The translations under genes were made by a program, and so were the position numbers. From Gammaproteobacteria bacterium (GTDB lineage Bacteria; Pseudomonadota; Gammaproteobacteria; HK1), in assembly GCA_022826505.1 (NCBI GenBank), contig JAJDUQ010000050.1:12801-76800 (forward strand): DNA of 64,000 nucleotides. The letters are read 5' to 3'. The notes under the pieces were generated by a model. It did no database searches and was not told where the DNA came from. It worked only from the letters and a program-made list of their open reading frames with translations. This document shows positions 59,632 through 64,000 of this stretch, one piece after another (the first letter of the stretch is position 1; each line of letters begins with the position of its first letter).

Positions 59632-60243
59632 CTAGCGATACAGCCACGGCTGGCGCTCACGCTGCGTCTTCTCGAATGCGTCGATCAGCGCCACCTTCTG
59701 CATCGTGAGCCCGATGTCGTCGAGGCCTTCGAGCAGGCATTCGCGGCGGAATTCGTCGATCTCGAAGCTCAGGACGGCCCCGTTCGGCCGCGTGATCTCC
59801 TGGGTGTGCAGGTCGACGGTGAGCACGGGGTTCTCGCGGTCGGAGGCGTCGGCCATCAGGGCCTGGAGTTCGTCCGCGGAGACCGTGATCGGCAGGATGC
59901 CGTTCTTGAAGCAGTTGTTGTAGAAGATGTCGGCGAAGCTCGTGGAGACGACGCAGCGGATGCCGAAGTCGAGCAGCGCCCACGGCGCGTGCTCGCGCGA
60001 CGACCCGCAACCGAAGTTGTCGCCGGCCACGAGGATCTCCGCCTTCCGGTACGGCTCCCGGTTCAGGACGAACTCGGGCTTCTCGGTGCCATCGGTGTCG
60101 AACCGCAGCTCGTCGAACAGGACCTTCCCGAGTCCGGTGCGCTTGATGGTGCGCAGGTGCAGCTTGGGAATGATCTGGTCGGTGTCGACGTTGATGACGT
60201 CCATCGGCGCCGCAACGCCGGTCAGCTTCGTGAATTTCTGCAT
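59632..60243 (-). CDS. leuD: 3-isopropylmalate dehydratase small subunit
   Basis: [53 protein letters not shown]. Confidence 0.95.
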   Translation of the reverse strand: MQKFTKLTGVAAPMDVINVDTDQIIPKLHLRTIKRTGLGKVLFDELRFDTDGTEKPEFVLNREPYRKAEILVAGDNFGCGSSREHAPWALLDFGIRCVVSTSFADIFYNNCFKNGILPITVSADELQALMADASDRENPVLTVDLHTQEITRPNGAVLSFEIDEFRRECLLEGLDDIGLTMQKVALIDAFEKTQRERQPWLYR

Positions 60244-60431
60244 CGTTCGGTTCCCTGGTGCTTCGTTCGTGAGATTCCGGGCAGGAATGCGGGGATGCGT
60301 CCGCGACTACGGGATTCCCGCGACGGCCGCTCGTGGCGGCGGCCCGATTCGTCGCCGGGGCAGAGCAGGCAGTCCATCCTGCGCTCCCGGGTGTTCTCTC
60401 GCGCCTCGACACACGGCATCCCGGGGCGTCA

Positions 60432-61835
60432 TCACCTCATCAGCTCCCGCACGTCCGTCAGGCGTCCGGTGACCGCGGCTGCGGCTGCCATCGCGGGACT
60501 CACCAGATGCGTGCGTCCGTCCCGCCCCTGGCGTCCGACGAAGTTGCGGTTGGTCGTGGATGCGCAGCGCTCTCCCGGCTCGAGGCGGTCGGAGTTCATC
60601 GCCAGGCACATCGAGCAGCCGGGCTCTCGCCACTCGAAGCCGGCCGCCAGCAGCACGTCGGCGATGCCTTCCTCCTCGGCCTGGCGCTTCACGAGGCCCG
60701 AACCGGGGACGATCATCGCCCGCACCCCGTCGGCGACCCTGCGTCCCTTCGCCACCGCCGCGACCTCGCGCAGGTCCTCGATTCGGCCGTTGGTGCACGA
60801 GCCCACGAATACCCGGTCGATCGGTACATCGGCCATGTTCGTGCCCGGGGAGAGCCCCATGTAGTCCATCGCGCGCTGCATGCTCGCGCGCTTCTCTTCA
60901 CTGGGAGCGCTGTCGGGATCGGGCACCGTGCCGGTGATCGGCACCACGTCCTCGGGGCTCGTGCCCCAGGTGGTCAGGGGGACGATTTCCGAGACGTCCA
61001 GCGTGACCTCCTTCGCGTACCGCGCCTCGGGGTCCGAGGGGAGGGTGCGCCAATGCTCGACTGCGCGGTGCCAGAGATCGCCCTTCGGCGCCATCGGCCG
61101 GCCCTCGAGGTAGTCGAACGTCGTCTCGTCGGGCGCGATGAGCCCGGCCCGCGCCCCGGCTTCGATGGTCATGTTGCTCACGGTCATCCGGCCTTCCATC
61201 GAGAGTGCCTCGATGGCGGGGCCGGCGTATTCGACCACGTGGCCGGTGCCTCCGGCGGTCCCGACCTTGCCGATGATTGCGAGGATGAGGTCCTTCGCGG
61301 TGCAGCCGAAGGGGAGGGCGCCGTTGACGGTGACGCGCATGGCCCTGGCCGGCGTCTGGATGAGCGTCTGGGTGGCGAGTACGTGCTCGACCTCCGACGT
61401 CCCGATGCCGAAGGCCAGTGCCCCGAACGCGCCGTGGGTCGCGGTGTGGCTGTCGCCGCACACGATGGTCGTCCCCGGCAGAGTGAATCCCTGCTCGGGT
61501 CCGATGATGTGGACGATGCCGTTGCGCGCATCGTCGACGCGGAACAGCGAAACCCCGAACTCCTCGCAGTTGCGGATCAGGGTGTCGATCTGGAGCTGAG
61601 AGTCTTCGCTCACGCCTTCGCTGCGGTCGGTGGCGATGTTGTGGTCGATCACCGCGATGGTCGCGTCGGTGCGCCGCACCCCGCGTCCCGCCTGTCTCAG
61701 CCCCTCGTAGGGCTGCGGGGTGGTGACTTCGTGGGTGAGGTGGCGGTCGATGTAGAGAAGACAGGTGCCGTCTTCTTCCGCCGCGATGACGTGGCTGTCC
61801 CAGATCTTCTCGAACAGGGTGCGTGGCTTCACCAT
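60432..61835 (-). CDS. leuC: 3-isopropylmalate dehydratase large subunit homolog, copy 2
   Basis: [55 protein letters not shown]. Confidence 0.9.
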   Translation of the reverse strand: MVKPRTLFEKIWDSHVIAAEEDGTCLLYIDRHLTHEVTTPQPYEGLRQAGRGVRRTDATIAVIDHNIATDRSEGVSEDSQLQIDTLIRNCEEFGVSLFRVDDARNGIVHIIGPEQGFTLPGTTIVCGDSHTATHGAFGALAFGIGTSEVEHVLATQTLIQTPARAMRVTVNGALPFGCTAKDLILAIIGKVGTAGGTGHVVEYAGPAIEALSMEGRMTVSNMTIEAGARAGLIAPDETTFDYLEGRPMAPKGDLWHRAVEHWRTLPSDPEARYAKEVTLDVSEIVPLTTWGTSPEDVVPITGTVPDPDSAPSEEKRASMQRAMDYMGLSPGTNMADVPIDRVFVGSCTNGRIEDLREVAAVAKGRRVADGVRAMIVPGSGLVKRQAEEEGIADVLLAAGFEWREPGCSMCLAMNSDRLEPGERCASTTNRNFVGRQGRDGRTHLVSPAMAAAAAVTGRLTDVRELMR

Positions 61836-62213
61836 CCGCAGGCTCCCGGCACGGTCGCGGGGTCGTCGTGCCTCAGGTGTCGGTCGGTCGCCGCGGTCCC
61901 CGAGGATGCCGGCCGGCGCAAGCCGAGGCGGCACCACCGCGCGCGGCGAATTATAGACGCGAGCGGTGCGGATGTGCCGGTGCCCGACTGCCGCGGCCGC
62001 TGCCGGGCTCGTCGTCTTCGACGCCGACCACGGGGAAGTCGACGGCGGAGGATGCACGACCGGACCGCATGCCGTGGCGGCCGCGGCTGATGACGCTGCG
62101 GGTACGGCGGCGGAGCCCGCGTGGGCGCCGGTCACGTCACGCCGGGGCGGCAACGGGTACCTCGAGCCGGATGCCGGTGCAGGGCGCCCGCCTCGCATCG
62201 GCGGTGACGTGAG

Positions 62214-62624
<411 letters not shown>

Positions 62625-62678
62625 TCAATGAGTTAGGTACCACTGTGGCATGAAGGTTCCACTGATTCGGCGGCGCCG

Positions 62679-62726
62679 TGCGCCCAAACGGAGCACAAGT
62701 GCCGAGCATTGCACCAACACGGTTCG
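62679..62726. promoter_or_regulatory. Two NtrC-like enhancer boxes
   Basis: TGCGCCCAAACGGAGCA (62679-62695) and TGCACCAACACGGTTCG (62710-62726) resemble TGCAC-N7-GTGCA; 31 bp apart, upstream of the sigma54 site. Confidence 0.55.
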
Positions 62727-62735
62727 CGGGTGGCC

Positions 62736-63290
62736 ATGAACACACTTCCCGATGCGATCCGCGAAGGGCTGCGTGCGATCGCGGTCGGCATCAATCCGTC
62801 CCTGCCGTCGGTCAGGGCCGGATACTGCTTCGCCAACCCGCGCAACCGATTCTGGCCCGCTCTCAATGCGTCGCGGCTGGTCGATGCGCCGCTGGAGCCC
62901 GGGCCGGACGCCATCCGAGCGCTCGTCGAGCACTACGGGATCGGCTTCACGGACATCGTGAAGCGCCCCACCGCCGGCATCGCGGAGCTTCGCGCGCACG
63001 AATACCGCGAAGGCGCGTCACGCATCGAGGGGCTGGTGGTGCGGCTCGCGCCCGCCGTCGTCTGGTTCCAGGGTGCGCAGGCGTGGCGCGCGTTCGCCCG
63101 CCACATGGGGTGGGCAGTGGCCGGGAGGGTCGCCTGGGGTCCGCAGCCATGGACGGCGGGCCGCTCCCGCGTCTTCGTCACTCCCAATCCGAGCCCGGCG
63201 AATGCCGCGTATTCACTGCCGGTGCTCGTTCAGTGGTTCGATGCGCTCGCCGAGTTCCTTCCTCCCCTGGATCGTCGGGCGGTCGAGTGA
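62736..63290 (+). CDS. mug: Mismatch-specific uracil/thymine DNA glycosylase (UDG family 2)
   Basis: LPD....GL....VGINP, S...G..FA.P.NRFW, GIG.TD.VKRPT, PNPSPANA. Confidence 0.88.
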   Translation: MNTLPDAIREGLRAIAVGINPSLPSVRAGYCFANPRNRFWPALNASRLVDAPLEPGPDAIRALVEHYGIGFTDIVKRPTAGIAELRAHEYREGASRIEGLVVRLAPAVVWFQGAQAWRAFARHMGWAVAGRVAWGPQPWTAGRSRVFVTPNPSPANAAYSLPVLVQWFDALAEFLPPLDRRAVE

Positions 63291-63403
63291 CGAATCCCGC
63301 ATCGCCGGATTCGTCACCACTCATCCACGTTGGCGGTATCCGACGCGCGGGCGTGACGCTTGCCCGCCCGCGGTCATGCCGCGAACGCCACACCGGCCAC
63401 CGC

Positions 63404-64000
63404 CTACCGGCCGTCGAGGCGCTTTCGCGCACGCAGACTGAACAGCAGCATCGCGGCGATGAGCAGCAGGGTGATCAGAATCATCAGGCTCATCAGGGCG
63501 TAGATCGAGGGCGTCAGCCCGACCTGCAGGTAGCGCGACCAGATGTACGTCTGCACCGTGTTCAAAGGCCCCTGGACCAGGCCGGTCCTCACCGTCTCGT
63601 TGAAGGAGAGGATGATCGAGAAGGTCGCCGACCCCAGGATCCCCGGCCAGACGAGGGGCAGCTCGACGGTCAGGAACGCCCTCAGGCGGTTCGCGCCGTG
63701 CACGTAGGCCGCTTCGAGGTAGACGGGGTCGAACGTCGCCATCGCGGTCAGCACGATGAGAAACGCGAACGGAAGCGCCCACAGCACGTGAATCACGGTG
63801 ATCGTGAACAGCGACGGGAACACCCCGAGCTGCTGGAACAGGAAGGCGTTCGCGAGCCCGAGACTCACCCCGGGGATGAATAGCGGGGCGAGCAGCAGGA
63901 GCACCACGAGCCGGGGGCGCCGCAGCTCGCGCACCGCCATCGCGGCCCCGAGCGCGAGCAACGGCGTGATGAGTCCGGCGAGCACCGCCACCTTCACCGA
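63404..64000 (-). CDS. ABC transporter permease (PotC-like), partial (5' end outside window)
   Basis: PLFIPG.S.G, H....LPF, FD..Y.EAA...GA, SFNE, P..YA. Confidence 0.85.
   Translation of the reverse strand, partial: SVKVAVLAGLITPLLALGAAMAVRELRRPRLVVLLLLAPLFIPGVSLGLANAFLFQQLGVFPSLFTITVIHVLWALPFAFLIVLTAMATFDPVYLEAAYVHGANRLRAFLTVELPLVWPGILGSATFSIILSFNETVRTGLVQGPLNTVQTYIWSRYLQVGLTPSIYALMSLMILITLLLIAAMLLFSLRARKRLDGR

Noticed and set aside
62646-62660. Second sigma54-like site TGGCATGAAGGTTCC facing mug
   Set aside because: The -12 dinucleotide is CC rather than the required GC.

Overview
High-GC bacterial chromosomal segment. The gene orders gyrA-pheA-tyrA-aroA-cmk-rpsA-ihfB-lapB and nrdR-ribD-ribE-ribB-ribH-nusB-thiL-pgpA point to a Gammaproteobacterium, although several catabolic, transport and NAD genes look alphaproteobacterial. 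Contents: aromatic amino-acid, arginine, branched-chain amino-acid, riboflavin, thiamine, isoprenoid and NAD genes; four ABC transporter loci (one partial); a gamma-glutamyl-polyamine cluster; four type II toxin-antitoxin modules within 3.8 kb (one decayed); mutH; mug; and glnK with a sigma54/NtrC-like promoter. I saw no rRNA, tRNA, CRISPR array, integrase or transposase. The most notable observation is a pair of thiL paralogs flanking pgpA that have lost complementary sets of active-site motifs, a candidate obligate heterodimeric (subfunctionalised) thiamine-monophosphate kinase. Also notable: a PheA whose prephenate dehydratase domain is internally deleted, two divergent leuC copies around a single leuD, a 120-bp MITE with perfect terminal inverted repeats and an 11-bp target duplication, and a vapBC module bracketed by a 58-bp duplication of the ilvD upstream region. 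All calls come from reading motifs by eye; no database searches were run.
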